DNA of 63,974 nucleotides, counting the filler, from Intoshia linei (taxonomy: Eukaryota > Animalia > Orthonectida), in the NCBI GenBank assembly GCA_001642005.1. It is 13 parts of 13 records of this genome, joined end to end, with 100 filler letters (N's around TTAATTAATTAA, not from the genome) between each part and the next. Parts side by side here need not be neighbours in the genome. Positions count along the whole stretch, not along the records: positions 1 to 13,068 come from LWCA01001039.1; 12 more parts are not named here. The stretch is one strand, 5' to 3'. Positions 1-13,168 of this stretch are shown here, piece by piece; within the stretch, counting starts at the first letter, position 1, and each line of letters starts with the position of its first letter. The notes beneath the pieces were generated by a model that was given only the letters and a program-made list of their open reading frames with translations, did not search any database and was not told where the DNA came from. Made by a program: the position numbers and the translations under genes.

Positions 1-300
1 TGGCAAGTAAGCTATGCATAAACCCTTTTTGTATTTTTTAATAATATTTTGAAAGGCACATCGATAAATACTAAAAATTTTACCAAATACCAATTGTGTA
101 AAAATTAAATTACTTGTAATTTATAACGTGATAGTAGATTAATGTCAATTGTTGACTAATTTTCCCACTTTAATTCATTTGGAGAACAGTTCATGTTTAA
201 AAGCCATATTTTATAAAATAAGTTTAGAGTATTTTGAATGTAATTACGATTTCATTAGGTAAATTATTTTTTTATTGAAAATAAAATTGTATTTTTTTAG

Positions 301-1043
301 ACGATATAAACTATAAACACTTGATTCAAAAAACGACAGAATTATTATACCCATATTACTTTATAGCTTGTACAGATGAAACATACCAAATAATACCAAT
401 ATGCATGTCGCAAATGACTACAATAATAGGACTAGTATTGTCTTACCGACTCCGCCATGAAGCGTTAAATTTCAACGAACAATATTATTTATCAAAATAT
501 TTCAATTCAATATGGATAATAGCAGTGGTAAAAATACCACTATACATGATTATAGTAAATTACAGAGTACATGTGATAATAATATGTAACTTGATTGAAA
601 TGACCGTAGCATTGATATTTTTATGTTCTCCACAATGCTTCGCCATTTTATTTGTTCAAACAAGCAATATAGTCTTGGCAGCCAAAGTTTCAGACTCATA
701 TCCAACAAATCCCACCGAATTAACACAAAATATAACAAAAGGTAAAATTGCAACATGCGGATATGGTGAAACCACAGAATATTCCACCTATTGCAATGAC
801 TCGAAAATTCAACAAAATAGTACATGTGTATTCAAAAAACCATCGGTATCCAAAGATGAAGTTACTTCTGTACGTGACGTGTCTTGTCACGACGAAAAAG
901 AGAATGCCCTAATTGAGTTGCTAAAAAAATATGAAATGGTTGAAAACTCTTCTTCTCGAGTGAGCCAATACAATAACGAGGACAAAGATAAAAATTCATT
1001 CGAGGATAGTTCAAAAAATGATACTGAAAAATTTAATGATTAA
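301..1043 (+). CDS. Class C GPCR, terminal exon (ECL2, TM5-TM7, C-tail); 5' part lies outside the window
   Basis: Acceptor ttttag at 300, then open frame. GLVLSYRLRHEALNFNEQYY matches the class C ICL3 motif (AFKTRKxPENFNE). Two further hydrophobic helices end in CSPQCFAIL, followed by a polar tail. Paralogous to the downstream gene (GLILSYRQRKISLNFFESYW). Confidence 0.8.
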
Positions 1044-1140
1044 ACATTTCAGTTTTTGTGCTTTTGTGCTTTAACTTATTTCGTAGGTTAAGAAAATATT
1101 TTCATGTTTATTTTGTTGATTATGCACATTTTGTTTACAC

Positions 1141-4100
1141 ATGTATAAAAATTTTAAAAGTTTTAATTTAAAAAATCCAATTTTCTTGATATTTTGGGTA
1201 AATTTATGGTGGGTAAATGCTGTTAAACATTGTAATTTCTATGGACCTTCAGGTTTGAATTGATTTTTTAATTTTTAATATTTATTTAAGATTATCACAC
1301 TAATACAAAATTTGTTGTGTTTATTAAAGATTTGAGAGAGTTGAATTTACATTTATGGGATAATTCATTAAAAAGTAAAAATGTTCTTCATCATTTGATT
1401 AATTTGGTTCATCCAAATATGACCGTCACTGCCATTTCTCATTATTTTGAAATGTTTATTTTATATAATGTTTTTAAGGATTACAATTATATTAAACCGT
1501 TGTATATTAATAACAAGGTAATTGTAAAATTTATTACTACAAAGTTCATTACTTTATAAATATAGGGTAATTCCAATGTTGCTATCAAAGAATCCCTCAA
1601 ACTAATTCAATGTAGATTATATAATGACATTAAATATATTATTGGAGGTGAAAATAGGTAAATACTCCAATAAACAAATCTTTATTCATATTTTAATTAT
1701 TATTAATTAATGCAATAATGATTGAACTTTATTATTCATAATATAATATCAAAAATTTAGCGATGTTGCATCCAAGTTGACATTACTGTTTTCAACGAAA
1801 TCTTTGAATAAGCCGTTTTATAGCATTGGTGCAACAGCTCATGAAATTATTAATGAGAATCGACTTAATTCGTAATCTTTCATTTATTTATTTTAAATAA
1901 GATCAAAAGGTAGTCATACCTGTGGTCCACAATCAGTGTCGAACTTGCTGTACTCAGAGACTCCTCTTTGGAGGCCTCTATAAATTTTTTCAAAAAGGTG
2001 TCTATTTTTACAAATTTAGCATTAACAATATTATATTCTTGAATATCATGAATGTTTTGTGTTTTAGACTAAAAATTTCCAGTCAAGAGCCTTAGAGAGG
2101 TTATCATCGGCTATATGTTATAAGTAATGGGCTATACGTTTGTAAACAATTTGTTAGGGTCATATTTTTCTTTTTCTGTGTGGCTTTGAGCTATGTAGGT
2201 TCGTGTATGTTTCCACCATGCGCTTATTCCGTTAAAAATAATTGATTTTTTATCATTTTTGTACAAACGCTCTGCTATTTGTCACTAATTTTTTTGTGCC
2301 TTGGTCCCTATGATAATAAAATAAAAATTTCTAAAAAAATAAAAAATTGGGATTTAAGAGTAATAAAATGAAATTTACTGCGTTACAGTCCAACCCAGTG
2401 TTTCTTATCTTTAAAAACTTTAACTTTTTAACTTCTGGGCACACCTTTGAAATAAATAAAAAATTTTAAATGTTTTTTAAACTTTAAAAAATAACTAACA
2501 AATATTTCAAGAATAACTAAAATATTATGCGATTCATCTACTGAAATAAGTTGGTTACATTATCTTTAGATTTGCCATAAATCCACCGGATACTTATATT
2601 ATTTCTACATTATTATTATTTCTAAAAGACATGAACATAAAATATGTGTCTGTGATATATGAAGAATCTAAATATGCATATTCATTGATGAAGTCATTTG
2701 AAGAATATTCACTAAATGGAATTTATGGTAAATTAAATTTATTATTTACAATACGAAAAATTTTTGTTAATTTGAATATCGAGCTACCCCCTTTTTGAGA
2801 AAAAATGTTTTTACGTGGCGTGTTTAATTCAAAACATTTTTATTTGTAAAATTTTTTTTTTAAATTAATAATGGTAAATCCTTATTTATAAAGTAACTAG
2901 GTTGACTGTTATGTACTAGGTACAAACAGCACCTAGCTCTGCCAAGCGAACACATTTTTATTATACCAAAAAAATAAATTCATGTTGAAAATCTAACTTA
3001 AAAATCCATTATTCACTATTATCAATTCTTTAAATGAGTGGTTCCCAAATTTGTTTCAGGTGGAACCATCATATAACATTACTTTTTACTTTAAAGTGAA
3101 TTATTTTATCTTAATTTTTTGTTTGTTAACATTTGCGTAAAGAATTTTTAAAACAATTGTTATCCCATTTTTTATAAAATATTTTGAAAATAAGAATTTG
3201 AAATGTAAAGTTATCTCTCACGGGCCTAGATGCATAAATTTCTTTATTAAAAAATTTATGTTTTCAATATTTGAAGCGTAATTTTTTAATTAAAAATCAA
3301 ATTGTTTTATATATGCGACATGCGAAAAAAAATTTTTGATCATGCTTTTAGGTGCCGCAATTTTTTAAAATATCAAAAGGGCTCCGCGCAGTACAAAAGG
3401 TTGAGAAACACTGGTGTAGAAGTACAATGCAAATTTTTTTTGAAAATATAGGATCAACATTTTCAATTTTTATTTTAATCGAAATATTTGAAAAATATTG
3501 GTTGATAATATATTAAAAGTATATTTACCGGTAATGTGTAGATTACTGGGGTTGAAATCTTGTATTTATATGAACTGGAATAAGCTCTATCGGAATAATT
3601 TTTTTTTTTTTAATTTTCGGATCGTTATTTATTTTACATTTTTGTTTTAATAAAATATTTCGGAAAAAAAATATATGAATACTAAAATGCTTTTTTGACC
3701 GTGAAGTCGTCACTTATCAGATTTAAATTTTTTGTCTTAACAGGATACAACTGTACCACCTGTAAATTATATGAAATTCTAGGGCTGTTTTTATTAAAAA
3801 AAGAAGGGTAAATTAGGTTTTGGCCCTGAAGATATAATTTTTTTAAATTTAAATTTATGATAATGTTTATGATTTTAAAATCAGCATCAGCGCATATATT
3901 TTTTTAAATTCTCCAACTCGTTTGATTTTCAAAAAGAGGGACAACACGTGTTTTTGACCCGTAAGATGTGAATTTAAGAGGTTGAAATTTATTGTATTAT
4001 ACGTACCGGGAAAAACTGTAATTAAAATGTAGACTTTATAAAATTCTAAAACGGGTAGTTATTTAAATAAAGCGTAACATACAGACACACAAACAAAAAT

Positions 4101-7100
4101 AGAGTAGTATATTATATAAGTTAGGATTTAGTTAAAAATGTATGTCTTTATTGAGCAATTTAATTGCTTGTTCCAGTTTATTTAAGAAACTAAGAAGATT
4201 AAAGTTTTAAGAATAGCCATTTCTAATAAATTTTTTGAGGGTGATGTTCTATCGCAAACTTCATTTTCAGAAATTGAGTCCTTCAAGGTCAAAACCAAGT
4301 ATCCTTTTTTATAACTTTTTTAATATTCTAGGTTGTTTTCATTTTAAAAAAAAAATAATCTGGAAATTTAATTATGAAAATTATCTTTTTTGATGTTGCC
4401 ATTTATGATAATGCTGATTATTTTAAAAACTATCCCAGAATTTTTATTATATAAAATTATACGGGTTTTTTAAATTTGATAAAAATGAGTAATTTGTGGT
4501 TTTGGCAGTGAAACTATAAGATTTTGATATTAAAATCTTTACCAAAGTGTGTAATTTTTATAATTCTGGGACAGATTTGAATTTAAAAAAAACAAAACAA
4601 TTTGGGTTTTTGACCTTGAAGGACTCAATATCTGAAAATTAAATTTGCAATAAAACATCACTCTCGAAAAATTGTTATAGAAATATAGAATTTTTAAAAC
4701 TCGACTCCTTTTACTTTCTTAACCGTTACGGTTAAACTGTAACAGACAGACAAACATATAAATAAACAGATATATTTAACTATTTTACATTATACAAGTA
4801 AGGATGAATATTAGGGGTGTGAACGAATTTTCACGTCGACAAGTTTAATTACCTTTGGGTAAGTTATTTTAACGACTTAGGTTGTCGACAAGTTTACTGA
4901 CATTTAGGTCATCAACTCAACTAAAAACACAAATCTATAGCATCAGCTGATCTATGCAACTGTATGTCAGACCATGCTATAATTTTAAATGTCCAAAGCA
5001 ACTGTCTAAAATCAAAAATTGATTTTTCTTTATCGAAATTATTTATTTCCAACAACCGCACTGGTAAAGCATTCAACTGCTCATGATATCTAAGATCATC
5101 AAATTGTGACAATGTTAAATATAAAAACATTTCCTCAACTACATCTATTTTCATAAAAGCAAATTTTCGTTTCAATATCCAAACTAAAATAACATTTTTA
5201 TTAGTAAAGACGCAACTCTTATCAACTCCAAATTTTTTCTAAACAACTTTAACGTCCTTAACGTGATCAACTTCAGATTTTGGAAAAATTATTATATCGT
5301 CTAAATAAGCAACTACACACGATAAACCCGCCAAAACCGTATCACTCAACCTTTGACAGGTCACAGGCCCGTTATGCAACCCAAACGGCAACACCTTAAA
5401 CTGAAACAACTTATTACTCAACCCTAATGCATTCGTTGCAAATGCCGTCAACGACTTATGCTCTTTCTTCAACGGTATTTGCCAAAACCACTTTGACAAG
5501 TCTAATGTACTAAAAACCGAACAGCCTTTCAACAAATCGAACATTTCTCCTGAATTGGGAGTAGGATACGAATCAACTTTAGTCAACTCTTTAAAATCAA
5601 CTAAAAATCTATCCTTACCGTTTTTTTTAGGTACCAAAAAACATGGTGACCTCCAACTACTAAAAGACGGCTCAATAACACCTAACCTCAACATTTCTTC
5701 TAAATGTTCCTTCAACTTTACTCTTAAATTCCCAGGTGCCTCAAAAACGGGCCCTCTAACAGGGTTCACCCCATCTCTCAACTTAATACTATGTTCCAAT
5801 AACTTAGTTCTACCTGGAGCTTCCAAGTAAACATCTGGCAATTGCTCAACTAAATTCCGAAAATTAGAATCCATTAACCCAAACTTATCACTTATTTTAC
5901 CAACTTTGCAACTTCCATAGATTCTAGTTAACTGCAACCAATCTTGTATTTCAGATTTACTAACTTATTATACTCAACACTTTTCTTATCTAAATCAACT
6001 CTAACCGTACCAAAATACCCACTTCCACTAAGCTTCAACTCACCCGACTCTTTCAGATTGAAATTCAACGAATTATATCTACAATCTATCACCACACCAA
6101 AATTTTTTAAAAAATCACAACAATTACTATACAAAATAAATTATATTTTGCTCATTATTCATATTTTGAAGTGCTTTGCCCCAGGGTTTTTTTAATCCTT
6201 TTTATATAATTTTTTGATAATTTGTGGTCATTCAACCCTATCTTCCACGTATGAGGTTGCACTTTTGTATTATCGCAAAAAAAGTGAAAAAATTCATATT
6301 CCTAATGAATATATTACAATTTTATAAATTTAATTTTAGGAAGACTATGCGTGGACATATCCTATTCTTTGAGTTATAAAAATATCAATACATCAATGGA
6401 AAATTTTATAAAACTAATAAGCAAAAGTGAAAAATCAGCAGTCATTATAAGTTTCATTGAATCACTTAATTATGTAACTTTTTTTAATCTAATTAGAAAA
6501 TATACCGATAAAGAATTATTAATAATAACTACCGATGGGTTTTCTTTTGAATGGCACAAAATACAGAATTCAATTTCACCTGAAATGTTTAAAGGAATAA
6601 CTGTTGTGAATATTGGTAATAATTAAGGCCATTCCACAAGCAAAGACAGCCGGTGCAATACACTTGTTATTTCAATTGAATATTTTGATTTCGTAAAAGT
6701 TGCTGTTTCACTGGAATTGCCCCATAAATCATTATAATTTTATTTAAATTTCAAATTAAACATTCTAGGAACCTTGGTACATAATCACCCTTACAAAAAA
6801 GAAGATGACTTAATTTGGAAATCTATACAAAATCATATGGATTATTTAAAAAAGGAAAAAATTAAATTTAGCGAAAAAAAGTGGGAGAATACATACATTC
6901 CTGTATGTACCTTACCATTAATTCACATTGCAGCCTCTTTAATAATTGAGGAAATGCACCAAACAAAATTAAAAAATACATGTGTCAAAATAAACAAAAA
7001 TAACAAAGTATGTCTTAATTGCGACAAAAAATATGTTAATATGGATATAGCTATATCACATCTTTCAGTAATAAAAGACAAAAAATTGGAGTATACACTA

Positions 7101-9552
7101 TTGGCTAAATTAGTCACAGAAAACGACCATAAAAGTCTAATTTGGTATAAAGAAAATTTTTTTGAAAAACTATTGAAAATATTATTATACAGAAAGGCTA
7201 AATTTTTTACTGGCAATACAAATACATCTGATAAATATGCTGGATATAAATTGAATCAGAAAAATGTAGAAATTTACCACATTTATGAATGCTCTCGAAG
7301 GTGCGAATTGAATGAATATCCTAAATATACTGGTAGTCAATGTTGTTTCAATTGTTTTCTATTACGTGATAATGAAATATTTATTGACGGAAAGACTTTT
7401 TCGTGTGATTTGGATCATTGGCCAAATATTTTGCGTGATAAGTGTATTCTTAAAGAGGAAATTTGGATTGATATTGAGAGACTATTTTCAGCTCAAGTTT
7501 TGTCTTTTTTATTGAGTATTATTATTCTGATTATTTTTACATTTATTTGTATCGTTGTCAAAAAAAGAAAACACCGATTATATCAAGAAACTCAATTTGT
7601 CTGGCATATTACTATGCTCATTTGTCTTTTTGTTTATACAATATCGCTGTCTTTTTACTTGCGTAAACCAAACAATTATATTTGTCCGGCTATTACTGCT
7701 TCGTATTTTTTACCAATTTCAATTATTCTAGGAATATGCATAACAAAGGTACTCTTTTTATTTGGATACTAGTCTGTCTGTTTTTATACTGCGTACAAAC
7801 AGTAGCTAACTTTACCGGGCGTTTGAAAAAGTTTCAATATAATGTTTTATATAAATTGTTTATATATATTTAATTAATTAATGATATCGGTAATTAATAA
7901 TAACACTCCATGAACTGTATGTATAAATATATAATAAACTAGGTTTACTGTTATGTACTACGTATAAACAGCACCTAGCTCTGCCGAGGGCACATTTTTA
8001 TTTTACCAAAAAAATAAATTCACGTTGAAAATTCAAGTTTAAAAAATATTGCTGTAAAATGATTTTTGTTCAAAATTTTTCTGGCACCCCAAGTTAAGAA
8101 CCCATCACTTAGAGGTTTGTAAAATTGAATTTTATTTTGTGATTGGAATAAGATGTAAGATTTAGTAAAATCGTGTTTTCAAAAAAATATAGGAAAAAGA
8201 GGATTTAGACTTTGAGGGTTTGTAAATTTAAATTTTGGGATTCCATTAAAAGATTTTTCTGATAAGATTTGGTAAAATCGGGTTTTCAAAACATATTGGA
8301 AAAAAAGGAGTTTTAACTTATCCTTTAAGTTTTAATAAAATTGGATGATTTATTTTAGGTTTGGATTATATAAAAATTCAAATTTAAATAAATTATATGC
8401 GTTTGGTCCTCTATTAATTATTTCACCCCCTGTAAATCGAACCCTGAAAATACTAGATGCGTCCCTGATTACAATAATACAATTGACTTGTTAATAATAA
8501 TATTATTTAATTTATTTAAATTTAATTTATACTATATCGAGATTTCACTATATCGTTTTTTTCATTTGATTTACATTTTAAAAAAAATGTTAAAAGCTTC
8601 CAATGAAAGTTTGGTTAATAAAAAAAATGAAATTATTATATTTAGAGTATACGTGGTATGAGAATATCGAGAGAACTGGGAAAAAATCATTTTGATAAAG
8701 TATTTTAGCCTAAAATTAAAAAATTATATTATAGTCAGTTTTGAAGACACGGAACGATTTTGTATTTGTGATATTCTTCTTTACTTTTCAAGTAATTTCA
8801 ATTAATGGATTATAAATTATAATCCATTTTTTTAATATGTATTATATACATTTATAGCTAATTTCTCTGTTTGTAGCATATTCATTAGAATATGATTACA
8901 AGAATGATGTAAAGATGGTAAAGCTTTCAAATGATAGATACGTGTATCTGTCTTGTCGGAATTATCCGAGTATTTGCATTGCCCAAACGATTCAATGTAT
9001 ATATATAATATTAGGTTTAATTTTATCCTATCGTCAAAGAAAAATTTCTCTCAATTTTTTTGAAAGCTATTGGTAATTTTCAATATATTAATACAATAAT
9101 TAAGTTGATTAAATTTTTTAAATATTTTAATTAAAATTAAATCACCAATTAGGATATCACGAACATTTGCATGCCTATTGATAAAAGTAGCATTGTTTTC
9201 AATTTTGATAATATTGTTGCCAAATTATATTAATAATTTTTTGATAATTGGAAAAATAATTTTTATATTTATTATAATAATTTTCTTGTACATACCACCA
9301 TTTTATGCAGTTCTATGGATACATGATTCAGGGATCGTATATTTGAATAATAATACATCACTTTGTATTGGTAATGATAAAACAATATCACAGTCTAATA
9401 AAAATTTGTATGAAATTAAGGATCAAGAAACAAAATCAGAATCTATACCTGATTTACCGAGTATCCAATTACCGGAATCTAAAATTGAAAAATTGACAAG
9501 TTTGAAAAATTTGCTCATGCGTATCGACAAAAATCAGTCAAGTCAAATGTAA
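1141..9552 (+). CDS. Class C GPCR (Venus flytrap + cysteine-rich domain + 7TM), multi-exon, apparently complete
   Basis: Spliced by eye. ATG 1141 MYKNFK..IFLIFWVNLWWVNA (signal-like). Venus flytrap exons ~1291-1517, ~1567-1658 (YIIGGENS), ~1761-1871 (DVASKL..PFYSIGATA), ~2570-2727 (FAINPPDTYII..YVSVIYEESKYA), 6340-6615 (RLCVD). Exon ~6769-7748 holds CSRRC..CCFNC..C..WPN..C and TM1-3. Small exons 8646-9072, last exon ~9152-9552. Confidence 0.85.
2897..4126 (-). mobile_element. Non-autonomous Helitron (family A) in GPCR intron
   Basis: Minus strand starts A|TCCTAACTTATATAAT..TTTGTTTGTGTGTCTG and ends in a hairpin (CTAGGTGCTGTTTGTAC..GTACATAACAGTCAACCTAG) then T: 5'-TC, 3'-CTAG, A|T target. The sequence recurs more than 12 times in the window. 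A hAT-type end (GGTTGAGAAACACTG, ~3399-3413) sits inside it. Confidence 0.85.
4186..4804 (-). repeat. Foldback segment (imperfect inverted arms ~4186-4298 and ~4601-4720) ending in a Helitron-like 5' terminus
   Basis: GAGTCCTTCAAGGTCAAAA (~4277) is the reverse complement of TTTTGACCTTGAAGGACTC (~4608), and similarity extends ~110 bp. The terminus ATTATACAAGTAAGGA|T matches family A ends. Confidence 0.55.
4921..6140 (-). mobile_element. Degenerate Ty3/Gypsy pol fragment (protease remnant, RT, RNase H remnant)
   Basis: ORF 5239-5937: SSWRSPCFLVPKKNGKDRFLVDF, FSTLDLSKWFWQI, LPFGLHNGP, YLDD. Stops and frameshifts on both sides. Confidence 0.9.
7939..8350 (-). mobile_element. Helitron 3' end joined to a ~57-bp minisatellite
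   Basis: CTAGGTTTACTGTTATGTACTACGTATAAACAGCACCTAG hairpin at 7939. Repeated GGTTTGTAAAATTG..TTTTCAAAAAAATATTGGAAAAA units at ~8110-8350, also seen at ~13390-13520 and ~58345-58460. Confidence 0.65.
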
Positions 9553-10107
9553 ATTTAAATAAACCTAAATTGTCTTTCCTGATATGAATAAATTTATTTA
9601 ACGACATAGAACTTAAAATACCATGTTCGCAATAAAGCCTTAGGTATACCTGATATATTACCTGCTGGCTACTTATGTTGGTTGAATGAGGACAGATTAA
9701 TGTATAACATAATATGAATAATTACTATGTATACTAGTTAATCGAATTTTTTCAAGTAAGCTTTATTTGTTTTCTTATATATTAAAAAATAATCTCATAT
9801 ATCAATTAAAGAGAATTGTTTCAAAATTGTATTATAATGGATAGATATTTTATAATCAATAAATAAATTGAGTTGAGTTGATTACAATTTAATAGACAGC
9901 GAATTTCAAAAGCATAAAAACAAAAATTACTATGTATTATACATCTTGACTTTAGGTAAAATGGTTGGTATATAATTATAGGAATGTTTTTAATACTCTA
10001 TGGTCAGACAATTGACCCATCAGAAATGGGTATAAAAAAATAAATTCATGTTTTCATTAGATAAAATATTGTGGATCAAACAAGTGTTCTAACTTTTATT
10101 TTTGCAG

Positions 10108-12892
10108 TGAGGATGAATGTGCATGCACCACCGCATATTATTATGGATCCGAAGGACAAACCACTGGTAGGTGCAAACCCGTATCTGGTATTATAATTTT
10201 TATTAATGAAATTACCTTTCGCATCAAAAGCTAACTTTAATAACAAAAAATTTCATGAAAAATAATATCTGCATATTGAATATTCTAGTGATATATGATT
10301 CCAATCATTTTCACTTCGAATGAAGTATTTTCATCCTTTACTTATTACCCTACCTTATATGTAACTAGGTTGACTGTTATCTACTACGTAAAAACACCAC
10401 TTATTTCTGCCGAGGGCATATTTTTATTCTACCAAAAAAATAAATTCACGTTAAAAATCTAACTTAAAAATCCTACTATTTACTAATATCAATTGTTTAA
10501 AGGAGTGGCTCCCAAATTGTTTCAAATGGAACCGTTATATCACATTACTTTTTACTTTAAAGTGACTTATTCCATCTTAATTTTGTTTTGTTAACATTTT
10601 CGTTAAAAATTTTAAAAACAATTGTTATCCCATTTTTTTAATTTATTAGACAGAATGTGTGTATAATATTAAAAATAAAGTAAAAACAGTCCAATCCTAA
10701 AAATTGTCATAAATAGCATAAATTCCAAAAAAATAAAATTAGTCTAATTTTAAACATTGTTATAAATAGCATAAATTATAAAATTCTATTTTTTCATTTT
10801 CAATATGATAATATATATTCAGTACCAATTTAATAAATACTTAAAAATATTATGTATGTAACAATAATTAACGGAATCAGCACTTTATAAACATATTTCA
10901 TGTGAATTTTACCTATATTGCAAAGGATTGTAATAAATAAAAAATCATAATAACACAGTTTTATTTCTTTTAGTAATTCATTGTTGTAGTTTTAATTTAA
11001 ATTTTAAACAAAATGTTTTGAAAATGAGAATTTGAAATTTAAAAATTGCGTAGCAATGAAAAAAATTCCAAAAGAATAAATTATGTAGATTTTTACCCAT
11101 ATTTTTTCATTGGAAATGTGTAGACGTTCAATTCACACTTTTTTTGAAATTGTAAGATCAATATTTACATTTTCAATTTTAATTTAAATATTTGAAAAAT
11201 ATTGGTTGATAATATATTAAAAATTCTTTTACACCGGGAAGGCGTAGATATCTGGGTTTGAAATTATATATTTATATCAACTGGAATAAGCTCTATAAAA
11301 ATTATTTTTTTTTTTAATTTTCGGACATTTAATTATATCTGATTATTTGTTTTAATAAAATATTTCGAAAAAAAATAAGTGAATACTAAAATACTTTATT
11401 TGCCCTGAAAACGTAACTTATTCAAATTAAAATTTTTTGTGTGTGTTAACAGGATACAACTGTACAACCTGAAATGTTTTTTAAATTCTAGGGCTGTTTT
11501 CATTAAAAAAAAAGTAAAAGGTAATTTGAGGTTTTGGCCCTGAAGATATATTTTTTTAAATAGACTTTTTGAATCGTAAGATATGAGTTTGGGAGGTTGA
11601 AATTTATCTTACTAACACCTCAGGAAAAACTGTCAAATAAAAAAATTTATGACTATATAAAATTCTAAGACTGGTAGTTATGGAAATAAACGGTAACACA
11701 CACCCACACAAACAAATATTCGAAAGCATATTATACAAGTAAGGATATATAAAAAATTATATAAAATAAATGCCTGGGACACAAATGCAAAGATGGAACT
11801 TGTCGGGAATCAACAACAGATAAACTTCTAAGTATACGTGTATATGCAACGAAGGTGCTTTTGGAATATATTGTGGTTTGTTTATTTCCTAATAGATTTT
11901 ATCATAATATATTATAGATAAGTTTAATAACATTATAAATATTATACTGATATGTTACTTTTTATTAAAAAATATTATATTTGATAAATATAGTAAATAA
12001 GTGTTATGTAAATTTTTGTGAGTTTATTTCTATCTGCCATAATGCTAGAGATTCAAGAACATGTAGCTGTAAAAGTCAAAAAGATAAATATAATTATGTT
12101 AAATAATATATGTGGTATTTAATTATAATTAAATATATATATACAAAAGTGTAGAAAGTAAATGCATGGAAAATGAGTGCCAGGATGAAACTTGCCTGGA
12201 AACAACAACAGATACACTTCCTAAGTATACGTGTATATACAACGAAGGTATTTTTGGAACATATTGCGGTTTTTTATTTCATATAAAATTTTACTGTGGT
12301 TTGTCATAGAATATGTTGCCCATCTCTAAAAGAGAGTTACACATAGAGTAAATTATAGGGTATTTTATAGACTCAAAAATTAAATTTTGCACAAATTTAT
12401 ATATGTTTGTTTATATATTACATATTATATATTATACATTGTACTATTTATTTAAAAAGGGTTATATTGAATATTTAATTTAACTTAGTAACGAAAGTAC
12501 CATAAATACTTTCAAATGCCTACAAAAATTAGATCGGTTACATGCATTGCAGGTGAATTAGATAATGACACCGTTAATCGACTTGAAATTAATAATAATC
12601 ATAAAAAATAATATAATAATCATAAATTTCAGTTCAAAATATTATGGGTATTTTTATATTGCAGAGCAGGCAATGTTTTTTTAATTTCAACAATTTTGAA
12701 TCAAAAAGTTAACACCCTATTGTACATAGTATATAATTAATTACTACCATAATAATTATTAACATTTAGTCAATTATTGTAACATTGCCAAGTGCTCAGA
12801 AGACATTAAATGCATTAATAGGGCCACAAAATATGATTGTATTTGTAATGATATCCGACATTATTATGAAGTATCAGCTTCTGAGTGTAGGG
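10108..12892 (+). pseudogene. Multi-EGF-domain gene fragments, damaged
   Basis: Exons EDECACTTAYYYGSEGQTTGRC (10108), KCLGHKCKDGTC..YTCICNEGAFGIYC (11768, 1-bp frameshift), KCMENECQDETC..YTCIYNEGIFGTYC (12159) and YCNIAKCSEDIKCINRATKYDCICND..EC (12770) show EGF cysteine spacing and phase-1 splice sites. Confidence 0.6.
10365..11745 (-). mobile_element. Non-autonomous Helitron family A, longest intact copy (~1.38 kb)
   Basis: CTAG hairpin end at 10365 and TCCTTACTTGTATAAT 5' end at 11745. Colinear with the other copies. Confidence 0.85.
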
Positions 12893-13068
12893 GTAAAATA
12901 TTATTTTTAATCATCTAATTAAACATTCAGTTGTAGACTGTAAAATATATGATAAACATTTCAATACTCTAGAATTAAAAATTAATGATGTAAAAAAAAC
13001 TATTGTTAATACTAAATCAAGAATATTTTAAAGATCATTATGCATATTTTATATTATGCCGCTATAGA

Positions 13069-13168
13069 NNNNNNNNNNNNNNNNNNNNNNNNNNNNNNNN
13101 NNNNNNNNNNNNTTAATTAATTAANNNNNNNNNNNNNNNNNNNNNNNNNNNNNNNNNNNNNNNNNNNN
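13069..13168. other. Artificial contig linker; same at 17578-17677, 24344-24443, 33524-33623, 34942-35041, 37139-37238, 47081-47180, 51015-51114, 53985-54084, 55719-55818, 61407-61506, 62861-62960
   Basis: Identical 44N-TTAATTAATTAA-44N blocks. The 12-mer places stops in all six frames. Confidence 0.98.

Noticed and set aside
2897-2940. Recurring ~40-nt palindrome resembling a CRISPR repeat or terminator
   Set aside because: Dispersed, not arrayed with spacers, and always at the end of the same repeat in a eukaryotic genome; it is the Helitron 3' hairpin.
2397-3413. Single hAT MITE between CAGTGTTTCTT (2397) and GAGAAACACTG (3413)
   Set aside because: Flanking 8-mers do not match, and the interval contains a GPCR exon; more likely two separate remnants.
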